Part shown: in pieces, positions 44,274-53,985 of the stretch
How the letters are laid out: each line of letters starts with the position of its first letter
Numbering within the stretch: position 1 is the stretch's first letter
Assembly (NCBI GenBank): GCA_023396045.1
Contig: JAEWXD010000002.1
Coordinates: 704-64,703, forward strand
From: Bacillota bacterium
Lineage (GTDB): Bacteria; Bacillota; Clostridia; Christensenellales; Aristaeellaceae
DNA: 64,000 nucleotides
Reading direction: 5' to 3'
Notes under the pieces: model-generated
What the model saw: only the letters and a program-made list of their open reading frames with translations
Told to the model about the DNA's origin: nothing
Databases searched by the model: none
Made by a program: the position numbers and the translations under genes

Positions 44274-46076
44274 TTGAAACATATAAGTAGTGATGAATTA
44301 AGAAGTTTATACTTAAATTTCTTTAAAGAAAAAGGCCACGCTGTTATTTCCAGCGCAAGCATTATACCGGACAACGACCCTACCGTATTATTTACCACTG
44401 CCGGTATGCACCCACTGGTACCCTACCTTATGGGGCAAAAACACCCTGCAGGCACAAGGCTTACCGATGTGCAAAAATGCATACGTACCGGTGATATTGA
44501 CGAAGTAGGCGATGCAAGCCACCTTACATTCTTTGAAATGTTGGGCAACTGGAGCTTGGGCGACTATTTTAAAAAAGAAGCTATCTCTTGGAGCTGGGAA
44601 TTTTTAACAAGCCCCAAATACCTAGGTATACCCAAAGAAAAACTTGCGTTTTCTGTATTTGCAGGCGATGCTGACGCCCCACGCGATGAAGAAAGCTTTC
44701 ATATTTGGGTAGAAAACGGCGCCATTAAAGAGAACATTTTCTATTTGCCAAAGAAAAACAACTGGTGGGGCCCTGCCGGCCAAACCGGCCCATGCGGACC
44801 GGATAGTGAAATGTTCATTATCACAGACAAAGAACCTTGCTGTGCAGAATGCAGCCCTGCTTGCGATTGCGGCAGATACCTTGAAATCTGGAACGATGTA
44901 TTTATGCAATACAACAAGCAAGCCGATGGTAGCTTTGTACCGCTTACCCAGAAGAACGTTGATACCGGTATGGGCTTAGAACGTACACTTTGCGTATTAA
45001 CCGGCAAAAAGAGCGTATACGAAACCGAAGTTTTTGAAAAAGAAATAGCCAAAATAGCAGAACTTTGCGGCAAGCAATATGGTGAAAGCGAAGAAATTAC
45101 ACGCGCCTTCCGTATTGTAGCAGACCATATACGTACATCTACCATTATTTTGGGTGATGACTTAGGGGTTAGCCCATCCAACGTTGACCAAGGTTATGTA
45201 TTGCGCCGTTTGATTCGCCGTGCAGTGCGCTTTGGTAAAAAGCTCAATATGCCAGAAAACTTCACACCTATGGTGGCAGAAGTAATTATTGATCAATACA
45301 AAGCCGTTTACCCGGAACTTGAACGCAACCGTAACTTTGTATTAGAACAATTAAAATTAGAAGAAGAACGTTTTGCCAAAACCTTGGAACAAGGCACCAA
45401 AGAATTTGAAAAATTGGTAGAAAAACTCAAAATCAGCGGTGTTTTAAGTGGCAGGCTCGCCTTCCGTTTATATGATACTTTTGGTTTCCCTATTGAAATG
45501 ACACAAGAACTTGCCAAAGAAAACAATTTAAGTGTAGACATGGAAGGTTTTGCAGCAGCCTTTAAGAAACACCAAGAACTCAGCAAAGCCGGTAGTGAAC
45601 AAAAGTTCAAAGGCGGTCTTGCCGACCATAGTGAAGAAACTACAAAGCTGCATACAGCAACCCACTTGTTGCACAGTGCCTTACGCAGAGTGCTTGGGGA
45701 TGAAGTGGCACAAAAAGGCAGTAACATTACCGCAGAACGCTTGCGTTTTGACTTCTCCTTCAGCAGAAAAATGGAAGAGCATGAAATTCGTGAAGTAGAG
45801 CGATTGGTAAACGAAGCCATCCAAGCCAAAATGCCCATCACTTGCGAAGAAATGACCGTAGAAGAAGCCAAGGCTGGTGGCGCTATTGGCCTATTTGGTG
45901 ATAAATACGGCGAGCGTGTAAATGTATATACTATGGGCAACTTCAGCAAAGAAATTTGTGGTGGCCCACACGCAAGCAATACCGGCGACTTAGTAGCTTT
46001 CAAGATTCAAAAAGAACAAAGCTCCAGCGCCGGCGTACGCCGTATCAAAGCTGTGATTGGCGAACAAGCAAAATAA
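44274..46076 (+). CDS. alaS: Alanine--tRNA ligase, short form (600 aa)
   Basis: FTTAGM, CIRTGDIDEVGD..FFEMLGNWSLGDYFK, GMGLER, and editing motifs HTATHLLH and ICGGPH. TTG start 8 nt after AAAGGAG. Confidence 0.85.
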   Translation: MKHISSDELRSLYLNFFKEKGHAVISSASIIPDNDPTVLFTTAGMHPLVPYLMGQKHPAGTRLTDVQKCIRTGDIDEVGDASHLTFFEMLGNWSLGDYFKKEAISWSWEFLTSPKYLGIPKEKLAFSVFAGDADAPRDEESFHIWVENGAIKENIFYLPKKNNWWGPAGQTGPCGPDSEMFIITDKEPCCAECSPACDCGRYLEIWNDVFMQYNKQADGSFVPLTQKNVDTGMGLERTLCVLTGKKSVYETEVFEKEIAKIAELCGKQYGESEEITRAFRIVADHIRTSTIILGDDLGVSPSNVDQGYVLRRLIRRAVRFGKKLNMPENFTPMVAEVIIDQYKAVYPELERNRNFVLEQLKLEEERFAKTLEQGTKEFEKLVEKLKISGVLSGRLAFRLYDTFGFPIEMTQELAKENNLSVDMEGFAAAFKKHQELSKAGSEQKFKGGLADHSEETTKLHTATHLLHSALRRVLGDEVAQKGSNITAERLRFDFSFSRKMEEHEIREVERLVNEAIQAKMPITCEEMTVEEAKAGGAIGLFGDKYGERVNVYTMGNFSKEICGGPHASNTGDLVAFKIQKEQSSSAGVRRIKAVIGEQAK

Positions 46077-46081
46077 TACTG

Positions 46082-46113
46082 TTCCCTCTAAATTCATAGA
46101 GGGAATTATTATT
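46082..46113 (+). terminator. Terminator after alaS
   Basis: TTCCCTCTA-aattca-TAGAGGGAA followed by TTATTATT. Confidence 0.7.
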
Positions 46114-46167
46114 CAAAAATATTTTTGTATAATCAGGAATTTTTTAGCGAAATATACACAAATATGG

Positions 46168-46196
46168 TTGACACTGCAAATAAACTATGTTACCAT
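46168..46196 (+). promoter_or_regulatory. Promoter of the PAP2 gene
   Basis: TTGACA, 17-nt spacer, TACCAT. Confidence 0.55.
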
Positions 46197-46217
46197 AGTT
46201 GCATTGGTAGTTTTTGG

Positions 46218-46245
46218 AACCATTCCTTGTAGTTGGGAATGGTTC
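46218..46245 (+). promoter_or_regulatory. 10-bp leader hairpin in the PAP2 5' UTR
   Basis: GAACCATTCC-8 nt-GGAATGGTTC followed by TTTCC; 23 nt before the ATG. Confidence 0.5.
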
Positions 46246-46268
46246 TTTCCATATTATAAGGAGAGAGT

Positions 46269-47180
46269 ATGCAATTTTTATATTTTTTAGCCGGTTTTCG
46301 CAATGCCATTTTAAACCCCATTATGCAGGCCTTTACCCTATTAAGTGAAGAAAGCTTACTATTGCTTGTAATATTGGTGGTATATTGGTGCGTACATAAA
46401 AAATTGGGTTTACAGTTATTGTTTATAACCCTATGGGGTACCTGTATCAACAGCATATTGAAGCTTATCTTTCAAGTACCTCGCCCATGGATAAAAGACC
46501 CCAACTTTACCATTGTAGAAAGTGCCAGAAGTGCTGCCACGGGCTTTTCCTTCCCCAGCGGGCATACACAAGGAGCCGGTGGCCTATACGGAAGCCTCGC
46601 CCTGTTTAGCAAAGGCCTGTGGCGTGCTCTGTTTTGGATCGTGCTTGCATTGATTGCTTTTTCCAGAATGTATTTGGGCGTGCATACCCCGCAAGACGTG
46701 GTGGTATCGCTGATACTTTCTATTGTTATGGCATTTTTTGTACAATGGCTTTTTAAACAGGATCACCACATTCTAAAAGCTTTTATTGCACTTGTTGCAT
46801 TTACCTTATTAAGCACTCTTCTTTTACCCTATATTCCCAAAAAAGCAAGCTATGATGCAACGGTTGCACAAAGCATATTGCACGATTCCTATTTACTATT
46901 GGGTTCCAGCCTTGGCGCTTGTGTTGGCCTATGGCTTGAACAACGCAAAGTACAATTCAGCACAAAAGCACCACTCATTTTACAAGGTATCAAATGCATA
47001 TTGGGGATCGCCTTGGTAATGGGTATACGCATCGCTTTGAAACCCCTGTTGCTTGCCGCATTTAACAATAACATTGCCACATTGCTCCGTTATTTTTGCA
47101 TTGCCTTGTTTGGTGTAGCCATTTGGCCTATGAGTTTTGTACATTTAGAAAAATTGTATAATAGCATGGCGAAGCAATAA
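46269..47180 (+). CDS. PAP2-family phosphatase (BcrC/PgpB-like) with an extra C-terminal TM region
   Basis: Motifs KLIFQVPRP, FPSGHT and SRMYLGVHTPQD. Confidence 0.85.
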   Translation: MQFLYFLAGFRNAILNPIMQAFTLLSEESLLLLVILVVYWCVHKKLGLQLLFITLWGTCINSILKLIFQVPRPWIKDPNFTIVESARSAATGFSFPSGHTQGAGGLYGSLALFSKGLWRALFWIVLALIAFSRMYLGVHTPQDVVVSLILSIVMAFFVQWLFKQDHHILKAFIALVAFTLLSTLLLPYIPKKASYDATVAQSILHDSYLLLGSSLGACVGLWLEQRKVQFSTKAPLILQGIKCILGIALVMGIRIALKPLLLAAFNNNIATLLRYFCIALFGVAIWPMSFVHLEKLYNSMAKQ

Positions 47181-47348
47181 ATACTCCTTTATACTATATG
47201 ATACATATGCACTATAAATACCATCGTATGAATTGATTTTATTATGATTATCATTGAAATATATATGATGTTTAGACAATTATATAAAATGGAAGAAAAA
47301 TAAAGATACTCCATTTAGATTCGTAAAATGCAAAAATAGTTGTAATAA

Positions 47349-47382
47349 TAAAAAGGCAGGAAGAGTTTTCTTTCTGCCTTTT
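47349..47382 (-). terminator. Terminator of the U32-NUDIX operon
   Basis: On the minus strand: AAGGCAGAAAGA...TCTTCCTGCCTT followed by T5. It overlaps the stop codon. Confidence 0.7.
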
Positions 47383-47761
47383 ATACATTTTTATAGTTTT
47401 GTAACACAGCTTGGGCAATAGGTATATCTGCCGGAAGCAATGCATGTTGCAGCACTTCTTCGGGTTCTATCCACACAGCTTGGTCATGCACATTCAGAGC
47501 AAGGGTACCCCCTATAATCGCTGCATAGTAGGCACGCAAGCAAATGATTTTATCCCCTGCTTGTATTTGACTTTCTGCACAAAACCTCCCTACAACAATT
47601 TGCAGTTGCAACTCTTCTAAAATTTCCCTTTGCAGTGCTTGCGGTTCCGTTTCGCCTTTGTCTACTTTGCCACCGGGAAATTCCCAACCGATTTGTTTCG
47701 CATTTCTATGGCATAGCAAAAGTTTGCCATTTTCTATAATAACGGCTGCTACAACTATCAT
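47381..47761 (-). CDS. NUDIX hydrolase (MutT-like)
   Basis: Nudix box GGKVDKGETEPQALQREILEELQL. It overlaps the U32 gene by 4 nt. Confidence 0.85.
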   Translation of the reverse strand: MIVVAAVIIENGKLLLCHRNAKQIGWEFPGGKVDKGETEPQALQREILEELQLQIVVGRFCAESQIQAGDKIICLRAYYAAIIGGTLALNVHDQAVWIEPEEVLQHALLPADIPIAQAVLQNYKNV

Positions 47762-50064
47762 AGTACACCTTCTTCAAAATGGCCTAAAGTACCACCCTCT
47801 ATAACATTGCCTTGGCGTACTGCCTGCAAAATAGCAATTTGCTCCGGCAAACTTTCTTGCACAAAGCGTATATACTTAGGGCTATGTTTCAGCAGTTTTT
47901 GTTTGCTTGTAAGATTGCTTGCTTTACTGTTTAACATTTGTACAATACAAAACCCATCCGTAAAAATAGCTTGCAAGGGGTAATCGTAGGCTTTTCTATC
48001 TAAAAAGCTTTTGCCATTAAGGGCATCTTTATGCCCTGTATGGCACATGGTGCAATGCTCTTTATTGCTTTGTAAGCCAAGTGCCGTGCGTGCCGGGCAA
48101 TGATTGAATATCATCATGCGCTCTTTACCATAATAGAGTAAGGCAAAGTCTATACCAATATCCTTTTGCTCTTGCAAGGTAAGTTCCGGAAAAACGCAAA
48201 TAAACTGTGGCTCATAAGGCAACAAAGCTTGCAGTGCCAAATGGTTGCAAACGGGAACATGAGCACCTATGGCAATTTGAAGACCTTCTAAACACAAACC
48301 CAATTGGCCTATATTGTCTATTACCACACCGCGTATTTGATGTTCTTTAAGAGAAGTGATCACAGCCTCAGCGGTAGCATCGTCCATATTGGTATGAAGT
48401 AGTAAAAAAGCATCTTTGCGCAAGAGTGCAATGTCTTTTTGCAAGCTTTGGAAACGATTATCCAAGGGTTCATATACAAACACTTCGCCCATTTGTAGTT
48501 CGTTTTGCAAAGCCAGGTTGCTGCTGCAAACAATCATATCTTTGCTATTGTTATATTGCGCCCTGCTTTCTTGATAGGTATTCACCACTTGGGGCAAAAT
48601 GTTTTGTTGTAATATTGCATTTTGCAAAGCCTCATAAGCCTCTCTGCGCAGTGCGTTAAGCTGTGCCATGGGCATAAATACGCCATTGCTGTGAAGCTCT
48701 ACACTTTGTAAAACGAAGGGAAAATCTCCTGTTTTTTGAAAGGCTTTTTGTATGCTCTCTTGGCTAAGTGGTGCATTCTGGGCTGCTTGGCAAAGTGCGC
48801 CTTGCACTTGCACCTTTGTGTGCCCACATTGCAATTCTACTTTTGCTTCCTGCTCGGCAAAAAGCCATAATTTTGCTTGCACGGTCTCAGTGCGTTTGGG
48901 AAGCGCTTGTTCCCAATCCGCTTGGGCTTGTGAAATGAGTCTATACACCGGCATACCCACTTGTAAGTGGTTATCTGCACGCAAGAAGGTAGTGGCAATT
49001 TCACCTCTACTTTGATTTTTACCGGAATAAATGAGTTCAAAATCCTCTGCTTGTGCACCGCAAACGACACGCAACATATCTTGTGCTTGTATATCTTCAC
49101 ACAAGGCAATGTGCAGTAAATTCTTTGCAATGCTTGCCACTTTGCCCACAAGTACCCCGTGATTATTGCTACGGCCGGGGTTTATAATACCTGCGTCTTG
49201 GCTGCCACCTGCATAGCCATAGCTGAAATCGCCGCGGTTAAAGCTTTGTAAAAGGTCTATATATTCTTGTTTGCTCAAATTTTCAAATATGCCTGCCTGT
49301 ACTTTTTGCATACCTTGTTTATAGCGATGTACTACATTTGCCACATAGCTTGGACTTTTAAGCCTGCCCTCTATTTTAAAGCTATGTACCCCGATTTTTA
49401 GCAGCTGAGGAAGTTCGTTATAGAGCATAATATCCTTAGTAGAGAGCCATGCTTGCGTGTTGCCATGAAAGCCCCATGTTTGCCTGCAAGGCTGGGCACA
49501 ACGGCCACGGTTTCCACTTCTGCCACCAATAAAAGAGCTAAGCAGGCACTGCCCACTCATAGATACGCAGAGTGCACCATGCACAAACACTTCTACTTCC
49601 AGCCCCATGGCAACTACTTCTGCTATGGTTTGCAAAGAACATTCCCTTGCCAACACTACGCGAGAAAATCCCATAGATTTTAAAAACTTGGCACCACTGG
49701 CAGTAAGTATACCCATTTGCGTGCTGGCATGCAGGGGCATATTGGGCAAAATTTGGCGCACCAAGCGGGCAAGCCCAATGTCTTGCACAATAACAGCGTC
49801 CGGCACAATATCCCCCAGTGCGTACAACATAGGAATCAGGCTTTTTAACTCTTTTTCTTTAATTAAAGTATTGAGTGTAATATATATTTTTACGCCATGT
49901 ATTGCTGTAAAATTTCTTGCTGTTTGCAATTCTTCCAAGCTGAAGTTGCCTGCACCGGCACGCGCGCCAAAGGCCTGCATACCAAGATATACAGCGTCTG
50001 CCCCTGCTTTTACAGCAGCTTGTAGGGCTTGCATATTGCCTGCGGGCGCAAGTAGTTCTGCCAT
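47758..50064 (-). CDS. U32 family peptidase with a long C-terminal extension
   Basis: U32 signature EVFVHGALCVSMSGQC; N-terminus ELLAPAGN; 768 aa. Confidence 0.85.
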   Translation of the reverse strand: MAELLAPAGNMQALQAAVKAGADAVYLGMQAFGARAGAGNFSLEELQTARNFTAIHGVKIYITLNTLIKEKELKSLIPMLYALGDIVPDAVIVQDIGLARLVRQILPNMPLHASTQMGILTASGAKFLKSMGFSRVVLARECSLQTIAEVVAMGLEVEVFVHGALCVSMSGQCLLSSFIGGRSGNRGRCAQPCRQTWGFHGNTQAWLSTKDIMLYNELPQLLKIGVHSFKIEGRLKSPSYVANVVHRYKQGMQKVQAGIFENLSKQEYIDLLQSFNRGDFSYGYAGGSQDAGIINPGRSNNHGVLVGKVASIAKNLLHIALCEDIQAQDMLRVVCGAQAEDFELIYSGKNQSRGEIATTFLRADNHLQVGMPVYRLISQAQADWEQALPKRTETVQAKLWLFAEQEAKVELQCGHTKVQVQGALCQAAQNAPLSQESIQKAFQKTGDFPFVLQSVELHSNGVFMPMAQLNALRREAYEALQNAILQQNILPQVVNTYQESRAQYNNSKDMIVCSSNLALQNELQMGEVFVYEPLDNRFQSLQKDIALLRKDAFLLLHTNMDDATAEAVITSLKEHQIRGVVIDNIGQLGLCLEGLQIAIGAHVPVCNHLALQALLPYEPQFICVFPELTLQEQKDIGIDFALLYYGKERMMIFNHCPARTALGLQSNKEHCTMCHTGHKDALNGKSFLDRKAYDYPLQAIFTDGFCIVQMLNSKASNLTSKQKLLKHSPKYIRFVQESLPEQIAILQAVRQGNVIEGGTLGHFEEGVL

Positions 50065-50151
50065 AAACTCTCCTTATAGTGTTTTTAAACCAAGCATTTG
50101 GTGTACATATTATTATAGCATATAGCACGCATTTCTGCTGTATTGTGTGCG

Positions 50152-50180
50152 TTGTAAAATATGACTAACTATGTTACAAT
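50152..50180 (+). promoter_or_regulatory. Promoter of gpmI
   Basis: TTGTAA, 17-nt spacer, TACAAT. Confidence 0.55.
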
Positions 50181-50220
50181 ATTTTTGTATTGTATAAGAT
50201 ATCATCAGTGAGGTAATATA

Positions 50221-51759
50221 ATGAAAAAATCAAGAGTTTTACTTATTTTAGACGGTTTTGGTTTGCGTGAGGAGAACGTAGGCAATGCCGTTAAAATGGC
50301 CAATACCCCCAACTTAGATAAATTGATGCAAGAAGAAGCTTTTACTTGGGGTAACGCCAGTGAAATGTATGTTGGCTTACCCAAGGGCCAAATGGGCAAC
50401 TCCGAAGTAGGGCATTTAAACATGGGTGCCGGCAGAGTGGTATACCAGGAGCTCACCCGTATTACAAAAGATATGGAAGAAGGTACTTTCTTTACAAATG
50501 AAGCAGCCCTCAAAGCCGTAGAAAACTGCAAGGCACACAACTCTGCTTTACATGTGTTTGGCCTCATTAGTGATGGTGGTGTGCATAGCCATAACGAACA
50601 TCTTTACGGCGTGTTAGAGCTTGCCAAACGCCACCGTATCACCAAAGTGTTTGTACACTGCTTCTTAGACGGCCGTGATACGCCGCCTACCAGTGGCAAG
50701 GGCTATGTAGCCGCCTTAGAGCAGAAAATGCAAGAAATTGGGGTAGGCAAAATAGCCACTGTTTCCGGCCGTTATTATGCCATGGATAGAGATAACAACT
50801 GGGATAGAGTAAAGCTTGCATACGACAATATGACCAATCCACAAGCGCCATTCCAAACCGACGCATGCGAAGGTATACAAGCAAGCTATGATGCAGGCAA
50901 GAACGATGAATTTGTTTACCCATTTGCAGTGGGTAATGAAAACGGTGCCGTAGCCAAAATCAGTGCAAACGATAGCTGTATGTTTATCAACTTTCGCCCA
51001 GACAGAGCAAGAGAAATTACACGTGCCTTCTGCGATGATAATTTTAAAGGTTTCGCAAGAGAAGAACGCTTACCACTCTGCTTTGTATGCTTTACGGACT
51101 ATGACCCAACCATACCAAACAAAATCATTGCCTTCCACAAACAAGAAGTTACCAATACCTTTGGCGAATGGCTGGCTGCCAACAAACTTACACAAGCAAG
51201 GCTTGCTGAAACAGAAAAATATGCACACGTAACCTTCTTCTTTAACGGTGGCAGAGAATTGCCAAATGAAGGCGAAGATAGATTTTTGGTAAACAGCCCT
51301 AAGGTTGCCACCTATGACTTGCAACCGGAAATGAGCATTTATGAAGTAACAGAAAACATGGTAAACTGCATAGAATCCGGCAAGTATGATGTAGTAATTA
51401 CCAACTTTGCAAACCCAGACATGGTAGGCCATACAGGCGTAATTCCTGCTGTTGTAAAGGCCATTGAAGCTGTGGACGAATGTGTTGGTAAAGTGGTAGA
51501 AGCCGTGCGTAAAACCGGCGCTGTGCTATTCATCTGTGCAGACCACGGCAATGCAGAATTGCTCATAGACCCGCAAACAGGCGAACCCTTCACTGCCCAT
51601 ACCACAAACCATGTACCATTTATCTTAGTAAACTACGATAAAAATTACACCTTGCGTGAAGGTGGCGCACTTTGTGATATTATTCCTACCCTCATTGAAA
51701 CTATGGGTATGGAACAACCCAAAGAAATGACCGGTAAATCTTTATTGGTAAGAAGATAA
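50221..51759 (+). CDS. gpmI: 2,3-bisphosphoglycerate-independent phosphoglycerate mutase
   Basis: MGNSEVGHLNMGAGR and ADHGNAE motifs; 512 aa. Confidence 0.95.
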   Translation: MKKSRVLLILDGFGLREENVGNAVKMANTPNLDKLMQEEAFTWGNASEMYVGLPKGQMGNSEVGHLNMGAGRVVYQELTRITKDMEEGTFFTNEAALKAVENCKAHNSALHVFGLISDGGVHSHNEHLYGVLELAKRHRITKVFVHCFLDGRDTPPTSGKGYVAALEQKMQEIGVGKIATVSGRYYAMDRDNNWDRVKLAYDNMTNPQAPFQTDACEGIQASYDAGKNDEFVYPFAVGNENGAVAKISANDSCMFINFRPDRAREITRAFCDDNFKGFAREERLPLCFVCFTDYDPTIPNKIIAFHKQEVTNTFGEWLAANKLTQARLAETEKYAHVTFFFNGGRELPNEGEDRFLVNSPKVATYDLQPEMSIYEVTENMVNCIESGKYDVVITNFANPDMVGHTGVIPAVVKAIEAVDECVGKVVEAVRKTGAVLFICADHGNAELLIDPQTGEPFTAHTTNHVPFILVNYDKNYTLREGGALCDIIPTLIETMGMEQPKEMTGKSLLVRR

Positions 51760-51766
51760 TACATAT

Positions 51767-51798
51767 AAGCCTTGAGCAAATTGCTTAAGGCTTTTTTT
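51767..51798 (+). terminator. Terminator after gpmI
   Basis: AAGCCTTGAGCAA-a-TTGCTTAAGGCTT followed by T7. Confidence 0.85.
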
Positions 51799-51858
51799 AA
51801 TACCATCATTCTGCACATTTTATTTGGTATGTTTTTACAACTATTCACGCAATCATAT

Positions 51859-51879
51859 TATACATTTTAAAAATGTATA
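51859..51879. promoter_or_regulatory. 21-bp palindrome TATACATTTT-A-AAAATGTATA upstream of the aldolase/TRAP operon
   Basis: 10-bp perfect arms, ending 19 nt upstream of the -35. Confidence 0.45.
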
Positions 51880-51897
51880 ATTTTTGTAAAAAAAGCG

Positions 51898-51926
51898 TTG
51901 ACATATACAAAATTATATTATATATT
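51898..51926 (+). promoter_or_regulatory. Promoter of the aldolase/TRAP/IclR operon
   Basis: TTGACA, 17-nt spacer, TATATT. Confidence 0.6.
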
Positions 51927-51989
51927 GATATTAAGTTTTCTATTAGAGAACAGTGTTGTTAAAATATAGAACAAAACACAGAGGAAAAT

Positions 51990-52907
51990 ATGGAATTTAA
52001 AATCAATGGTGGCGTTTGGCCAACCCAAATTGTATTGTTTAATAAGAACGGCTCATTGGATATTGGTGCCAATAAAGCGTTTGTAGAGCGCCTAATCGCC
52101 ATGGGGTGTGACGGTATTTTTACTGTATGCCAATCCAGCGAAATGTTTTTCTTAACACCGGAAGAAAAAATTACACTTGCAAAAATCACCAAAGAAGTGA
52201 CCGGCAATAAAATTTCATTGGTTGCGTCCGGCCATACAGCAAATGATGTTGCTACACAAATAGAAGAACTCAAGCGTATGGGCGATGTGGGGGCAGATGC
52301 CTTGGTATTGGTAAGCAACCGCTTGGGCTTGGGCGAACACAGCTTTATGCAAGACGCCATGCAAATATTGGAAGCCATGCCCCAAAGTCAATTTGGTTTT
52401 TACGAATGCCCCTTCCCTAATTTAAGGTTGATAAGTGACGAAGAGCTGTGTACACTGGCGCAAACCGGCAGAGTACGCTTTTTAAAAGATGTAAGCTGCA
52501 ATACAGAAATTCAAGAGCGTCGTGTAAAATTGGTAGAAGGTACTGAATTAAAATTGTTTAATGCCAACACCCAAAGCCTGTTGCCTTCCCTGCGGGGTGG
52601 GTACTATGGCTATAACGGTGTAATGGGCAACTTCCATATTGATATATACAAGTGGCTTTACCAAAACATTCATCACAGCAAAGCAGAATATGTGCAAGAA
52701 TGGCTAAGCCGCACTTGCGAAATAGAAAAACACCTATACCCTACTTGTTGCAAATACTACTTACAATTAAAGGGCTATCCGTTTACAAGCTACACCCGAA
52801 GCAAAAATGCAGATGATCTAACAAGCAAAGCAAAACAACTGATAGCCAACCTAATATTAGAAGAACATGAGTTGCGAGCAGAATTAGGCTTGCCCATACA
52901 ACAATAG
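51990..52907 (+). CDS. DHDPS/NanA-family class I aldolase (divergent)
   Basis: Family layout with CQSSEMFFLTPEEK in place of GTTGE..LT, FYECP (Tyr), and FLKDVS (candidate Schiff-base Lys). Confidence 0.65.
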   Translation: MEFKINGGVWPTQIVLFNKNGSLDIGANKAFVERLIAMGCDGIFTVCQSSEMFFLTPEEKITLAKITKEVTGNKISLVASGHTANDVATQIEELKRMGDVGADALVLVSNRLGLGEHSFMQDAMQILEAMPQSQFGFYECPFPNLRLISDEELCTLAQTGRVRFLKDVSCNTEIQERRVKLVEGTELKLFNANTQSLLPSLRGGYYGYNGVMGNFHIDIYKWLYQNIHHSKAEYVQEWLSRTCEIEKHLYPTCCKYYLQLKGYPFTSYTRSKNADDLTSKAKQLIANLILEEHELRAELGLPIQQ

Positions 52908-52951
52908 TTTTTAAAAGCATATGCTTTAAAAATATTTAGGAGGACATTTTT

Positions 52952-53938
52952 ATGAAAAAAAGTATGATTTCCCTGCTTGTATTTGCCATGTTGCTAAGCC
53001 TTGTAAGCGTAAGCTTTGCAAGCCAACCTATAAAGCTCATTTATAGCACAAATGCAACCCCTGGCGATGCCCACGACTTTGGTGCGCTGGAATTTAAAAA
53101 AGTGTTAGAAGAGTTAAGCGGTGGCACAATGACAGTGGAATACCACAACCAAGGCGTATTGTATAAACAAGATGCAGAATTGGCAGCTGTAAAAAGCGGT
53201 GCTGTGGATATTGTTTACTTAAGCGCACCATGGCTTGCACAAAATAGTCCCTGGGTATCTATGTTCGGCGCAGGTTATATTTTTAAGAACTTTGAACAGA
53301 TGGATAGCATTATGAATGGTGAAATTGGGCAAAAAGTATTTACCCGTATTGCTGAAGAACAAGGTGTACTACCGCTATCTGCTTATTACTTAGGCACAAG
53401 ACAATTAAACTTAATTGCAGACAAAGAAATAAAGACCCCTGCAGACTTAAAAGGTATAAACCTAAGAATGCCTACCAGTGAATCCTGGATTAAGTTAGGC
53501 CAGGCCATGGGCGCAAACCCAACACCTGTTGCATTTTCTGAATTATATCTTGCACTACAAACCAACACGGTAGACGGCCAAGAAAACCCACTGCCTACTG
53601 TTATTAAAGCAAAATTCTATGAAGTAACAAAATCCATTACCTTAACCAACCACTTGGTAGACTCTGTATGGCCAACCATTAACCTACAAACATGGAATAG
53701 TTTAACAGACGAGCAAAAAGGCTGGGTTAAAGAAGCAACCGAAGCCGGCAGAGCCAAAACCAACGAATTAAACTTGCAAACAGAAGCAGAAGCCGTTGAA
53801 TTTTTGAAAAATGAAGGCATGAAGGTTTATGAAGCCGATGTAGACGCTTTTCAAAAAGCTGTAAGCGAAGCCTATTTAGCAGACACCGAATTTACCAAAG
53901 ACTGGGATATGGAACTGTTTGCAGAAATCAACAAATAA
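52952..53938 (+). CDS. TRAP transporter substrate-binding protein (DctP family)
   Basis: Signal peptide; DctP-like pattern (LRMPTSESW, VDGQENPL). Confidence 0.85.
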   Translation: MKKSMISLLVFAMLLSLVSVSFASQPIKLIYSTNATPGDAHDFGALEFKKVLEELSGGTMTVEYHNQGVLYKQDAELAAVKSGAVDIVYLSAPWLAQNSPWVSMFGAGYIFKNFEQMDSIMNGEIGQKVFTRIAEEQGVLPLSAYYLGTRQLNLIADKEIKTPADLKGINLRMPTSESWIKLGQAMGANPTPVAFSELYLALQTNTVDGQENPLPTVIKAKFYEVTKSITLTNHLVDSVWPTINLQTWNSLTDEQKGWVKEATEAGRAKTNELNLQTEAEAVEFLKNEGMKVYEADVDAFQKAVSEAYLADTEFTKDWDMELFAEINK

Positions 53939-53985
53939 TAAAAATTGAGGGTAACCATTCCCTCAATTTCTATATGAGGTAAATT

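Noticed and set aside
45308-46003. 231-aa antisense ORF inside alaS. Similar cases: 38917-39498 in glmM, 9746-10339 in mgtE, 25745-26182 in divIVA, 23819-24409 in sepF, and 19772-20191 in the aspartokinase gene.
   Set aside because: All are opposite strongly supported genes. They have low-complexity Ser/Leu/Cys-rich translations and no SD-start context, so they are shadow ORFs.
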